Assembly (NCBI RefSeq): GCF_006345805.1
Contig: NW_021832822.1
Span: 1-31,884 of the forward strand
Reading direction: 5' to 3'
DNA length: 31,884 bases
DNA from: Octopus sinensis
Taxonomy: Eukaryota
The position numbers were made by a program, and so were the translations under genes. How positions within the stretch are numbered: the stretch's first letter is position 1; every line of letters begins with the position of its first letter. The notes beneath the pieces were generated by a model. That model was not told where the DNA came from and ran no database searches. It saw only the letters and a program-made list of their open reading frames with translations. Below are positions 1-12,400 of the stretch, in pieces.

Positions 1-15
1 CTTCCATATATATAT

Positions 16-314
16 TGATTGTTTGTTCCTTCTCAAGCCGTGCCTGGCTCATAAGGGCCGGTTTCCCGGTTACTTTGGCGTATAGGTTCCCCACCTGGAC
101 GGGACGCCAGTCCATCGCAGGTGAGCTGCAAGATGCAGGAGGAAAGAGTGAGAGAAAGTTGTGGCGAAAGAGTCAGCAGAAGTTTTGCCATTACCTTCTG
201 CCGGAGCCGCGTGGAGCTTAGGTGTTTTCGATCATAAACACACACATCACCCAGTCTGAGATTCGAACCTGCGATCCCTCGACCACTAGTCTGCTGCTCT
301 AACCACTAGGCCAT
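16..314 (-). mobile_element. tRNA-derived SINE, octopus OR1/OR2-like, near full length
   Basis: The minus strand reads ATGGCCTAGTGGTTAGAGCAGC (A box, 303-313) ... GGTTCGAATCTC (B box, 258-269). A body shared with the SINE at 28300 follows (GAAAACACCTAAGCTCCAC...CCACAACTTTCTCTCACTCTT), then a different 3' half (CCTGCGATGGACTGGCGTCCCGTCCAGG...) ending in an AAC-rich tail. The family name is recalled, not searched. Confidence 0.8.
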
Positions 315-325
315 ATAAACACTTA
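313..325 (+). repeat. Left target-site duplication ATATAAACACTTA
   Basis: The identical 13-mer recurs at 21794-21806. It lies directly before the SINE head at 326. Confidence 0.85.
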
Positions 326-338
326 GAAGGCGGCGAGC

Positions 339-413
339 TGGCAGAATGGTTGCACGCCGGCGAATGCGTAGCCGTATTTCGTCTGCCGTGAGTGTGTTCT
401 GGGTTCAAATTCC
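339..413 (+). promoter_or_regulatory. RNA polymerase III type-2 internal promoter (A box + B box) of the giant SINE
   Basis: A box TGGCAGAATGG at 339-349 and B box GGTTCAAATTCC at 402-413. Confidence 0.7.
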
Positions 414-3400
414 GCCGAGGTCGACTTTGCCTTTCATCCTTTCGGAGTCGATTAAATAAGTACCAGTTACGCACTGGGGTCGATGTAATCGACTTAATCC
501 GTTTGTCTGTCCTTGTTTGTCCCCTCTGTGTTTAGCCCCTTGTGGGTAGTAAAGAAATAGGTATTTCGTCTGCCGTTAAGTGTTCTGGGTTCAAATTCCG
601 CCGAGGTCTACTTTGCCTTCCATCCTTTCGGGGTCGATAAATTAAGTACCAGTTTCGCACTGGGGTCGATGTAATCGACTTAATTCCTTTGTCTGTCCTT
701 GTTTGTCCCCTCTGTGTTTAGCCCCTTGTGGGCGGTAAAGAAATAGGTATTTCGTCGCCGTAAGGTTCTGGTTAAATTCTGCCGAGGTCGACTTTGCCTT
801 TCACCTTTCGGGGTCGATAAATAAGTACCAGTTACGCACTGGGGTCTATGTAATCGACTTAATCCGTTTGTCTGTCCTTGTTTGTCCCCCCTCTGTGTTT
901 AGCCCCTTGGGGTGTAAAGAAATAGGTATTTCGTCTGCCGTTAAGTATTCTGGGTTCAAATTCTGCCGAGGGCGACTTTGCCTTTCATCCTTTCGGGGTC
1001 GATAAATTAAGTACCAGTTACGCACTGGGGTCTAGTAATCGACTTAATCCCTTGTCTGTCCTTGTTTGTCCCCTCTGTGTTTATCCCCTTGTGGGTAGTA
1101 AAGAATGGTATTTCGTCTGCCGTTAAGTGTCCTGGGTTCAAATTCCGCCGAGGTCGACTTTGCCTTTTATCCATTAGGGGTCGATAAATTAAGTACCAGT
1201 TACGCACTGGGGTCGATGTAATCGACTTAATCCCTTTGTCTGTCCTTGTTTGTCCCTTCTGTGTTTATCCCCTTGTGCGTAGTAAAGAAATAGGTATTTC
1301 GTCTGCTGTTACGTCCTGAGTTCAAATTCCGCCGAGGTCGACTTTGCCTTTCATCCTTTCGGGGTCGATAAATTAAGTACCAGTTACGCACTGGGGTCTA
1401 TGTAATCGACTTAATCCGTTTGTCTGTCCTTGTTTGTCCCCTCTGTGTTTAGCCCCTTGTGGGTAGTAAAGAAATAGGTATTTCGTCTGCCGTTAAGTGT
1501 TCTGGGTTCAAATTCCGCCGAGGGCGACTTTGCCTTTCATCATTTCGGGGTCGATAAATTAAGTACCAGTTACGCACTGGGGTCTATGTAATCGACTTAA
1601 TCCCTTTGTCTGTCTTGTTTGTCACCTCTGTGTTTATCCCCTTGTGGTAGTAAAGAAATAGGTATTTCGTCTGCCGTTAGTGTTCTGGGTTCAAATTCGC
1701 CGAGGTCGACTTTGCGTTTTATCCATTAGGGGTCGATAAATTAAGTACCAGTTACGCACTGGGGTCTATGTAATCGACTTAATTCCGTTTGTCTGTCCTT
1801 TTTGTCCCCTCTGTGTTTAGCCCCTTGTGGGTAATAAAGAAATAGGTATTTCGTCTGCCTTTAACTGTTCTGGTTTCAATTCCGCCGAGGTCGACTTTGC
1901 CTTTCATCCTTTCGGTCGACAAATTAAGTACCAGTTACGCACTGGGGTCGAGTAATCGACTTAATCCCTTTGTCTGTCCTTGTTTGTCTCCTCTGTGTTT
2001 AGCCCCTTGTGGGTAATAAAGAAATAGGTATTTCGTCTGCCTTTAACTGTTCTGGGTTCAAATTCCGCCGAGGTCGACTTTGCCTTTCATCCTTTCGGGG
2101 TCGACAAATTAAGTACCAGTTACGCACTGGGGTCTATATAATCGACTTAATCCGTTTGTCTGTCCTTGTTTGTCCCCTCTGTGTTTAGCCCCTTGTGGGT
2201 AATAAATAAATAGGTATTTCGTCTGCCGTTAAGTGTTCTGGGTTCAAATTCTGCCGAGGGCGACTTTGCCTTTCATCCTTTCGGGGTCGATAAATTAAGT
2301 ACCAGTTACGCACTGGGGTCTATGTAATCGACTTAATCCGTTTGTCTGTCCCTGTTTGTCCCCTCTGTGTTTAGCCCCTTGTGGGTAGTAAAAAAATAGG
2401 TATTTCGTCTGCCGTTAAGTGTTCTGGGTTCAAATTCCAACGAGGTCCACTTTGCCTTTCATCCTTTCGGGGTCGATAAATTAAGTACCAGTTACTCGCT
2501 GGGGTCGATGTAATCGACTTAATCCCTTTGTCTGTCCTTGTTTGTCTCCTCTGTGTTTAGCCCCTTGTGGGTAGTAAAGAAATAGGTATTTCGTCTGCTG
2601 TTACGTCCTGAGTTCAAATTCCGCCGAGGTCGACTTGGCCTTTCATCCTTTCGGGGTCGATAAATTAAGTACCAGTTACGCACTGGGGTCTATGTAATCG
2701 ACTTAATCCGTTTGTCTGTCCTTGTTTGTCCCCTCTGTGTTTAGTCCCTTGTGGGTAGTAAGAAATAGGTATTTCGTCTGCCGTTAAGTGTTCTGGGTTC
2801 AAATTCGCCGAGGTCGACTTGCCTTTCATCCTTTCGGGGTCGATAAATTAAGTACCAGTTACGCACTGGGGTCTATGTAATCGACTTAATCCCTTTGTTC
2901 TGTCCTTGTTGTCCCCTCGTGTTTATCCATTGTGGGTAGTAAAGAAATAGGTATTTCGTCTGCCGTTAAGTGTTCTGGGTTCAAATTCCGCCGAGGTCGA
3001 CTTTGCGTTTTATCCATTAGGGGTCGATAAATTAAGTACCAGTTACGCACTGGCGTTGATGTAATCGACTTAATCCCTTTGTCTGTCCTTGTTTGTCCCT
3101 TCTGTGTTCATCCCCTTGTGGGTAGTAAAGAAATAGGTATTTCGTCTGCCTTTAACTGTTCTGGGTTCAAATTCCGCCGAGGTCGACTTTGCCTTTCATC
3201 CTTTCGGGGTCGATAAATTAAGTACCAGTTACGCACTGGTCTATGTAATCGACTTAGTCCGTTTGTCTGTCCTTGTTTGTCCCCTCTGTGTTTAGCCCCT
3301 TGTGGGTAATAAAGAAATAGGTATTTCGTCTGCCTTTAACTGTTCTGGGTTCAATTCCGCCGAGGTCGACTTTGCCTTACATCCTTTCGGGGTGGACAAA

Positions 3401-6400
3401 TTAAGTACCAGTTACGCACTGGGTCTATGTAATCGACTTAATCCGTTTGTCTGTCCTTGTTTGTCCGTCTGTGTTTAGCCCCCTGTGGGTAATAAAGAAA
3501 TAGGTATTTCGTCTGCCTTTAACTGTTCTGGTTCAATTCCGCCGAGGTCGACTTTGCCTTTCATCCTTTCGGGGTCGACAAATTAGTACCAGTTACGCAC
3601 TGGGGTCTATGTAATCGACTTAATCCGTTTGTCTGTCCTTGTTTGTCCCCTCTGTGTTTAGCCCGTTGTGGGTAGTAAAGAAATAGGTATTTCGTCTGCC
3701 GTTAAGTGTTCTGGGTTCAAATTCTGCCGAGGGCGACTTTGCCTTTCATCCTTTCGGGGTCGAAAAATTAAGTACCATTACGCACACTGGGGTCTATGTA
3801 ATCTACTTAATCCCTTTGTCTGTCCTTGTTTTGTCCCTCTGTGTTTAGCCCCTTGTGTATAAAAGAAATAGGTATTTCGTCTGCCGTTAGGTGTTCTGGG
3901 TTCAAATTCCGCCGAGGTCCACTTTGCCTTTCATCCTTTCGGGGTCGATAAATTAAGTACCAGTTACGCACTGGGGTCTATTTAATCGACTTAATCCGTT
4001 TGTCTGTCCTGTTTGTCCCCTCTGTGTTTAGCCCCTTGTGGGTAGTAAAGAAATAGGTATTTCGTCTGCCGTAAGTGTTCTGGGTTCAAATTTCACCGAG
4101 GTCCACTTTGCCTTTCATCCTTTCGGGGTCGATAATTAAGTACCAGTTACGCGCTGGGGTCGATGTAATCGACTTAATCCCTTTGTCTGTCCTTGTTTGT
4201 CTCCTCTGTGTTTAGCCCCTTGTGGGTAGTAAAGAAATAGGTATTTCGTCTGCTGTTACGTCCTGAGTTCAAATTCCGCCGAGGTCGACTTTGCCTTTCA
4301 TCCTTTCGGGGTCGATAAATAAGTACCAGTTACGCACTGGGGTCTATGTATCGACTTAATCCGTTTCTGTCCTTGTTTGTCCCCTCTGTGTTTAGCCCCT
4401 TGTGGGTAGATAAAGAAATAGGTATTTCGTCTGCCGTTAAGTGTTCTGGGTTCAAATTCCGCCGAGGTCGACTTTGCCTTTCATCCTTTCGGGGTCGATA
4501 AATTAGTACCAGTTACGCACTGGGGTCTATGTAATCGACTTAATCCCTTTGTCTGTCCTTGTTTGTCCCCTCTGTGTTTATCCCATTGTGGGTAGTAAAG
4601 AATAGGTATTTCGTCTGCCGTTAAGTGTTCTGGGTTCAAATTCCGCCGAGGTCGACTTTGCGTTTTATCCATTAGGGGTCGATAAATTAAGTACCAGTTA
4701 CGCCTGGGGTCGATGTAATCGACTTAATCCCTTTGTCTGTCCTTGTTTGTCCCTTCTGTGTTCATCCCCTTGTGGGTAGAAAAAAATAGGTATTTCGTCT
4801 GCTGTTAAGTCCTGAGTTCAAATTCCGCCGAGGTCGACTTTGCCTTTCATCCTTTCGGGGTCGATAATTAAGTACCAGTTACGCACTGGGTCTATGTAAT
4901 CGACTTAATCTTTGTCGTCCTTGTTTGTCCCCTCTGTGTTTAGCCCCTTGTGGGTAATAAATAAATAGGTATTTCGTCTGCCGTTAAGTGTTCTGGGTTC
5001 AAATTCTGCCGAGGGCGACTTTGCCTTTCATCCTTTCGGGGTCGAAAAATAAGTACCAGTTACGCACTGGGGTCTATGTAATCGACTTATCCCTTTGTCT
5101 GTCCTTGTTTGTCCCCTCTGTGTTTAGCCCCTTGTGGGTAATAAAGAAATAGGTATTTCGTCTGCCGTTAAGTGTTCTGGGTTCAAATTCCGCCGAGGTC
5201 CACTTTGCCTTTCATCCTTTGGGGGTCGATAAATTAAGTACCAGTTACGCACTGGGGTCTATTTAATCGACTTAATCCGTTTGTCTGTCCCTGTTTGTCC
5301 CCTCTGTGTTTAGCCCTTGTGGGTAGTAAAGAAATAGGTATTTCGTCTGCCGTTAAGTTTTCTGGGTTCAAATTCCACCGAGGTCCACTTTGCCTTCATC
5401 CTTTCGGGGTCGATAAATTAAGTACCAGTTACGCGCTGGGGTCGATGTAATCGACTTAATCCCTTTGTCTGTCCTTGTTTGTCTCCTCTGTGTTTAGCCC
5501 CTTGTGGGTAGTAAAGAAATAGGTATTTCGTCTGCTGTTACGTCCTGAGTTCAAATTCTGCCGAGGTCGACTTTGCCTTTCATCCTTTCGGGGTCGATAA
5601 ATTAAGTACCAGTTACGCACTGGGGTCTATGTAATCGACTTAATCCGTTTGTCTGTCCTTGTTTGTCCCCTCTGTGTTTAGCCCCTTGTGGGTAGTAAAG
5701 AAATAGGTATTTCGTCTGCCGTTAAGTGTTCTGGGTTCAAATTCCGCCGAGGTCGACTTTGCCTTTCATCCTTTCGGGGTCGATAAATTAAGTACCAGTT
5801 ACGCACTGGGGTCTATGTAATCGACTTAATCCCTTTGTCTGTCCTTGTTTGTCCCCTCTGTGTTTATCCCATTGTGGGTAGTAAAGAAATAGGTTCGTCT
5901 GCCGTTAAGTGTTCTGGGTTCAAATTCCGCCGAGGTCGACTTTACGTTTTATCCATTAGGGTCGATAAATTAAGTACCAGTTACGCACTGGGGTCGATGT
6001 AATCGACTTAATCACTTTGTCTGTCCTTGTTTGTCCCTTCTGTGTTCATCCCCTTGTGGGTAGTAAAGAAATAGGTATTTCGTCTGCTGTTAAGTCCTGA
6101 GTTCAAATTCCGCCGAGGTCGACTTTGCCTTTCATCCTTTCGGGGTCGATAAATTAAGTACCAGTTACGCACTGGGTCTATGTAATCAACTTAATCCGTT
6201 TGTCTGTCCTTGTTTGTCCCCTCTGTGTTTAGCCCCTTGTGGGTAATAAAGAAATAGGTATTTCGTCTGCCTTTAATTTAACTGTTCTGGGTTCAAATTC
6301 CGCCGAGGTCGACTTTGCCTTTCATCCTTTCGGGGTCGACAAATTAAGTACCAGTTACGCACTGGGGTCTATGTAATCGACTTAATCCGTTTGTCTGTCC

Positions 6401-9400
6401 TTGTTTGTCCCGTCTGTGTTTAGCCCCTTGTGGGTAATAAAGAAATAGGTATTTCGTCTGCCTTAACTGTTCTGGGTTCAAATTCCGCCGAGGTCGACTT
6501 TGCCTTTCATCCTTTCGGGTCGACAAATTAAGTACCAGTTACGCACTGGGGTCTATGTAATCGACTTAATCTGTTTGTCTGTCCTTGTTTGTCCCCTCTG
6601 TGTTTAGCCCCTTGTGGGTAATAAAGAAATAGGTATTTCGTCTGCCGTTAAGTGTTCTGGGTTCAAATTCTGCCGAGGGCGACTTTGCCTTTCATCCTTT
6701 CGGGGTCGAAAAATTAAGTACCAGTTACGCACTGGGGTCTATGTAATCGACTTAATCCCTTTGTCTGTCCTTGTTTGTCCCCTCTGTGTTTAGCCCCTTG
6801 TGGGTAATAAAGAAATAGGTATTTCGTCTGCCGTTAAGTGTTCTGGGTTCAAATTCCGCCGAGGTCCACTTTGCCTTTCATCCTTTCGGGGTCGATAAAT
6901 TAAGTACCAGTTACGCACTGGGGTCTATTTAATCGACTTAATCCGTTTGTCTGTCCCTGTTTGTCCCCTCTGTGTTTAGCCCCTTGTGGGTAGTAAAGAA
7001 ATAGGTATTTCGTCTGCCGTTAAGTGTTCTGGGTTCAAATTCCACCGAGGTCCACTTTGCCTTTCATCCTTTCGGGGTCGATAAATTAAGTACCAGTTAC
7101 GCGCTGGGGTCGATGTAATCGACTTAATCCCTTTGTCTGTCCTTGTTTGTCTCCTCTGTGTTTAGCCCCTTGTGGGTAGTAAAGAAATAGGTATTTCGTC
7201 TGCTGTTACGTCCTGAGTTCAAATTCCGCCGAGGTCGACTTTGCCTTTCATCCTTTCGGGGTCGATAAATTAAGTACCAGTTACGCACTGGGGTCTATGT
7301 AATCGACTTAATCCGTTTGTCTGTCCTTGTTTGTCCCCTCTGTGTTTAGCCCCTTGTGGGTAGTAAAGAAATAGGTATTTCGTCTGCCGTTAAGTGTTCT
7401 GGGTTCAAATTCCGCCGAGGTCGACTTTGCCTTTCATCCTTTCGGGGTCGATAAATTAAGTACCAGTTACGCACTGGGGTCTATGTAATCGACTTAATCC
7501 CTTTGTCTGTCCTTGTTTGTCCCCTCTGTGTTTATCGCATTGTGGGTAGTAAAGAAATAGGTATTTCGTCTGCCGTTAAGTGTTCTGGGTTCAAATTCCG
7601 CCGAGGTCGACTTTACGTTTTATCCATTAGGGGTCGATAAATTAAGTACCAGTTACGCACTGGGGTCGATGTAATCGACTTAATCCCTTTGTCTGTCCTG
7701 TTTGTCCCTTCTGTGTTCATCCCCTTGTGGGTAGTAAAGAAATAGTATTTCGTCTGCTGTTAAGTCCTGAGTTCAAATTCCGCCGAGGTCGACTTTGCCT
7801 TTCATCCTTTCGGGGTCGATAAATTAAGTACCAGTTACGCACTGGGTCTATGTAATCAACTTAATCCGTTTGTCTGTCCTTGTTTGTCCCTCTGTGTTTA
7901 GCCCCTTGTGGGTAATAAGAAATAGGTATTTCGTCTGCCTTTAACTGTTCTGGGTTCAAATTCCGCCGAGGTCGACTTTGCCTTTCATCCTTTCGGGGTC
8001 GACAAATTAAGTACCAGTTACGCACTGGGGTCTATGTAATCGACTTAATCCGTTTGTCTGTCCTGTTTGTCCCGTCTGTGTTTAGCCCCTTGTGGGTAAT
8101 AAAGAAATAGGTATTTCGTCTGCCTTTAACTGTTCTGGTTCAAATTCCGCCGAGGTCGACTTTGCCTTTCATCCTTTCGGTCGACAAATTAAGTACCAGT
8201 TACGCACTGGGGTCTATGTAATCGACTTAATCTGTTTGTCTGTCCTTGTTTGTCCCCTCTGTGTTTAGCCCCTTGTGGGTAATAAAGAAATAGGTATTTC
8301 TCTGCCGTTAAGTGTTCTGGTTCAAATTCTGCCGAGGGCGACTTTGCCTTTCATCCTTTCGGGGTCGAAAAATTAAGTACCAGTTACGCACTGGGGTCTA
8401 TGTAATCGACTTAATCCCTTTGTCTGTCCTTGTTTGTCCCCTCTGTGTTTAGCCCCTTGTGGGTATAAAGAAATAGGTATTTCGTCTGCCGTAAGTGTTC
8501 TGGGTTCGAATTCCGCCGAGGTCCACTTTGCCTTTCATCATTTCGGGGTCGATAAATTAAGTACCAGTTACGCACTGGGGTCTATTTAATCGACTTAATC
8601 CGTTTGTCTGTCCCTGTTTGTCCCCTCTGTGTTTAGCCCCTTGTGGGTAGTAAAGAAATAGGTATTTCGTCTGCCGTTAAGTGTTCTGGGTTCAAATTCC
8701 ACCGAGGTCCACTTTGCCTTTCATCCTTTCGGGGTCGATAAATTAAGTACCAGTTACGCGCTGGGGTCGATGTAATCGACTTAATCCTTTGTCTGTCCTT
8801 GTTTGTCTCCTCTGTGTTTAGCCCCTTGTGGGTAGTAAAGAAATAGGTATTTCGTCGTCTGCCGTTAAGTGTTCTGGTTCAAATTCGCCGAGGTCGACTT
8901 TGCCTTTCATCCTTTCGGGGTCGATAAATTAAGTACCAGTTACGCACTGGGGTCTATGTAATCGACTTAATCCCTTTGTCTGTCCTTGTTTGTCCCCTCT
9001 GTGTTTATCGCATTGTGGGTAGTAAAGAAATAGGTATTTCGTCTGCCGTTAAGTGTTCTGGGTTCAAATTCCGCCGAGGTCGACTTTACGTTTTATCCAT
9101 TAGGGGTCGATAAATTAAGTACCAGTTACGCACTGGGGTCGATGTAATCGACTTAATCCCTTTGTCTGTCCTTGTTTGTCCCTTCTGTGTTCATCCCCTT
9201 GTGGGTAGTAAAGAAATAGGTATTTCGTCTGCTGTTAAGTCCTGAGTTCAAATTCCGCCGAGGTCGACTTTGCCTTTCATCCTTTCGGGGTCGATAAATT
9301 AAGTACCAGTTACGCACTGGGTCTATGTAATCAACTTAATCCGTTTGTCTGTCCTTGTTTGTCCCCCTCTGTTTTAGCCCCTTGTGGGTAATAAAGAAAT

Positions 9401-12400
9401 AGGTATTTCGTCTGCCTTTAACTGTTCTGGGTTCAAATTCCGCCGAGGTCGACTTTGCCTTTCATCCTTTCGGGGTCGACAAATTAAGTACCAGTTACGC
9501 ACTGGGGTCTATGTAATCGACTTAATCCGTTTGTCTGTCCTTGTTTGTCCCGTCTGTGTTTAGCCCCTTGTGGGTAATAAAGAAATAGGTATTTCGTCTG
9601 CCTTTAACTGTTCTGGGTTCAAATTCCGCCGAGGTCGACTTTGCCTTTCATCCTTTCGGGGTCGACAAATTAAGTACCAGTTACGCACTGGGGTCTATGT
9701 AATCGACTTAATCTGTTTGTCTGTCCTTGTTTGTCCCCTCTGTGTTTAGCCCCTTGTGGGTAATAAAGAAATAGGTATTTCGTCTGCCGTTAAGTGTTCT
9801 GGGTTCAAATTCTGCCGAGGGCGACTTTGCCTTTCATCCTTTCGGGGTCGAAAAATTAAGTACCAGTTACGCACTGGGTCTATGTAATCGACTTAATCCC
9901 TTTGTCTGTCCTTGTTTTCCCCTCTGTGTTTAGCCCCTTGTGGGTAAAAAGAAATAGGTATTTCGTCTGCCGTTAAGTGTTCTGGGTTCGAATTCCGCCG
10001 AGGTCCACTTTGCCTTTCATCATTTCGGGGTCGATAAATTAAGTACCAGTTACGCACTGGGGTCTATTTAATCGACTTAATCCGTTTGTCTGTCCCTGTT
10101 TGTCCCCTCTGTGTTTAGCCCCTTGTGGGTAGTAAAGAAATAGGTATTTCGTCTGCCGTTAAGTGTTCTGGGTTCAAATTCCACCGAGGTCCACTTTGCC
10201 TTTCATCCTTTCGGGGTCGATAAATTAAGTACCAGTTACGCGCTGGGGTCGATGTAATCGACTTAATCCCTTTGTCTGTCCTTGTTTGTCTCCTCTGTGT
10301 TTAGCCCCTTGTGGGTAGTAAAGAAATAGGTATTTCGTCTGCCGTTAAGTGTTCTGGGTTCAAATTCCGCCGAGGTCGACTTTGCCTTTCATCCTTTCGG
10401 GGTCGATAAATTAAGTACCAGTTACGCACTGGGGTCTATGTAATCGACTTAATCCCTTTGTCTGTCCTTGTTTGTCCCCTCTGTGTTTATCCCATTGTGG
10501 GTAGTAAAGAAATAGGTATTTCGTCTGCCGTTAAGTGTTCTGGGTTCAAATTCCGCCGAGGTCGACTTTGCGTTTTATCCATTAGGGGTCGATAAATTAA
10601 GTACCAGTTACGCACTGGGGTCGATGTAATCGACTTAATCCCTTTGTCTGTCCTTGTTTGTCCCTTCTGTGTTCATCCCCTTGTGGGTAGTAAAGAAATA
10701 GGTATTTCGTCTGCTGTTAAGTCCTGAGTTCAAATTCCGCCGAGGTCGACTTTGCCTTTCATCCTTTCGGGGTCGATAAATTAAGTACCAGTTACGCACT
10801 GGGTCTATGTAATCGACTTAATCCGTTTGTCTGTCCTTGTTTGTCCCCTCTGTGTTTAGCCCCTTGTGGGTAATAAAGAAATAGGTATTTCGTCTGCCGT
10901 TAAGTGTTCTGGGTTCAAATTCTGCCGAGGGCGACTTTGCCTTTCATCCTTTCGGGGTCGAAAAATTAAGTACCAGTTACGCACTGGGGTCTATGTAATC
11001 GACTTAATCCCTTTGTCTGTCCTTGTTTGTCCCCTCTGTGTTTAGCCCCTTGTGGGTAATAAGAAATAGGTATTTCGTCTGCCGTTAAGTGTTCTGGGTT
11101 CAAATTCCGCCGAGGTCCACTTTGCCTTTCATCCTTTCGGGGTCGAAAAATTAAGTACCATTTACGCACTGGGGTCTATTTAATCGACTTAATCCGTTTG
11201 TCTGTCCCTGTTTGTCCCCTCTGTGTTTTAGCCCCTTGTGGGTAGTAAAGAAATAGGTATTCGTCTGCCGTTAAGTGTTCTGGGTTCAAATTCCACCGAG
11301 GTCCACTTTGCCTTTCATTCTTTCGGGGTCGATAAATTAAGTACCAGTTACGCGCTGGGGTCGATGTAATCGACTTAATCCCTTTGTCTGTCCTTGTTTG
11401 TCTCCTCTGTGTTTAGCCCCTTGTGGGTAGTAAAATAATAGGTATTTCGTCTGCTGTTACGTCCTGAGTTCAAATTCCGCCGAGGTCGACTTTGCCTTTC
11501 ATCCTTTCGGGGTCGATAATTAAGTACCAGTTACGCACTGGGGTCTATGTAATCGACTTAATCCGTTTGTCTGTCCTGTTTGTCCCCTCTGTGTTTAGCC
11601 CCTTGTGGGTAGTAAAGAAATAGGTATTTCGTCTGCCGTTAAGTGTTCTGTGTTCAAATTCCGCGAGGTCGACTTTGCCTTTCATCCTTTCGGGGTCGAT
11701 AAATTAAGTACCAGTTACGCACTGGGTCTTTGTAATCGACTTAATCCCTTTGTCTGTCCTTGTTTGTCCCCTCTGTGTTTATCCCATTGTGGGTAGTAAA
11801 GAAATAGGTATTTCGTCTGCCGTTAAGTGTTCGGGGTTCAAATCCGCCGAGGTCGACTTTGCGTTTTATCCATTAGGGTCGATAAATTAAGTACCAGTTA
11901 CGCACTGGGGTCGATGTAATCGACTTAATCCCTTTGTCTGTCCTTGTTTGTCCCTTCTGTGTTCATCCCCTTGTGGGTAGTAAAGAAATAGGTATTTCGT
12001 CTGCTGTTAAGTCCTGAGTTCAAATTCCGCCGAGGTCGACTTTGCCTTTCATCCTTTCGGGGTCGATAAATTAAGTACCAGTTACGCACTGGGTCTATGT
12101 AATCGACTTAATCCGTTTGTCTGTCCTTGTTTGTCCCCTCTGTGTTTAGCCCCTTGTGGGTAATAAAGAAATAGGTATTTCGTCTGCCTTTAACTGTTCT
12201 GGGTTCAAATTCCGCCGAGGTCGACTTTGCCTTTCATCCTTTCGGGGTCGACAAATTAAGTACCAGTTACGCACTGGGGTCTATGTAATCGACTTAATCC
12301 GTTTGTCTGTCCTTGTTTGTCCCGTCTGTGTTTAGCCCCTTGTGGGTAATAAAGAAATAGGTATTTCGTCTGCCTTTAACTGTTCTGGGTTCAAATTCCG

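Noticed and set aside
374-560. Hammerhead-ribozyme retrozyme monomer
   Set aside because: The size and tandem layout fit, but I found no CTGANGA...GAAA core on either strand. Other ribozyme classes would need an Infernal search.
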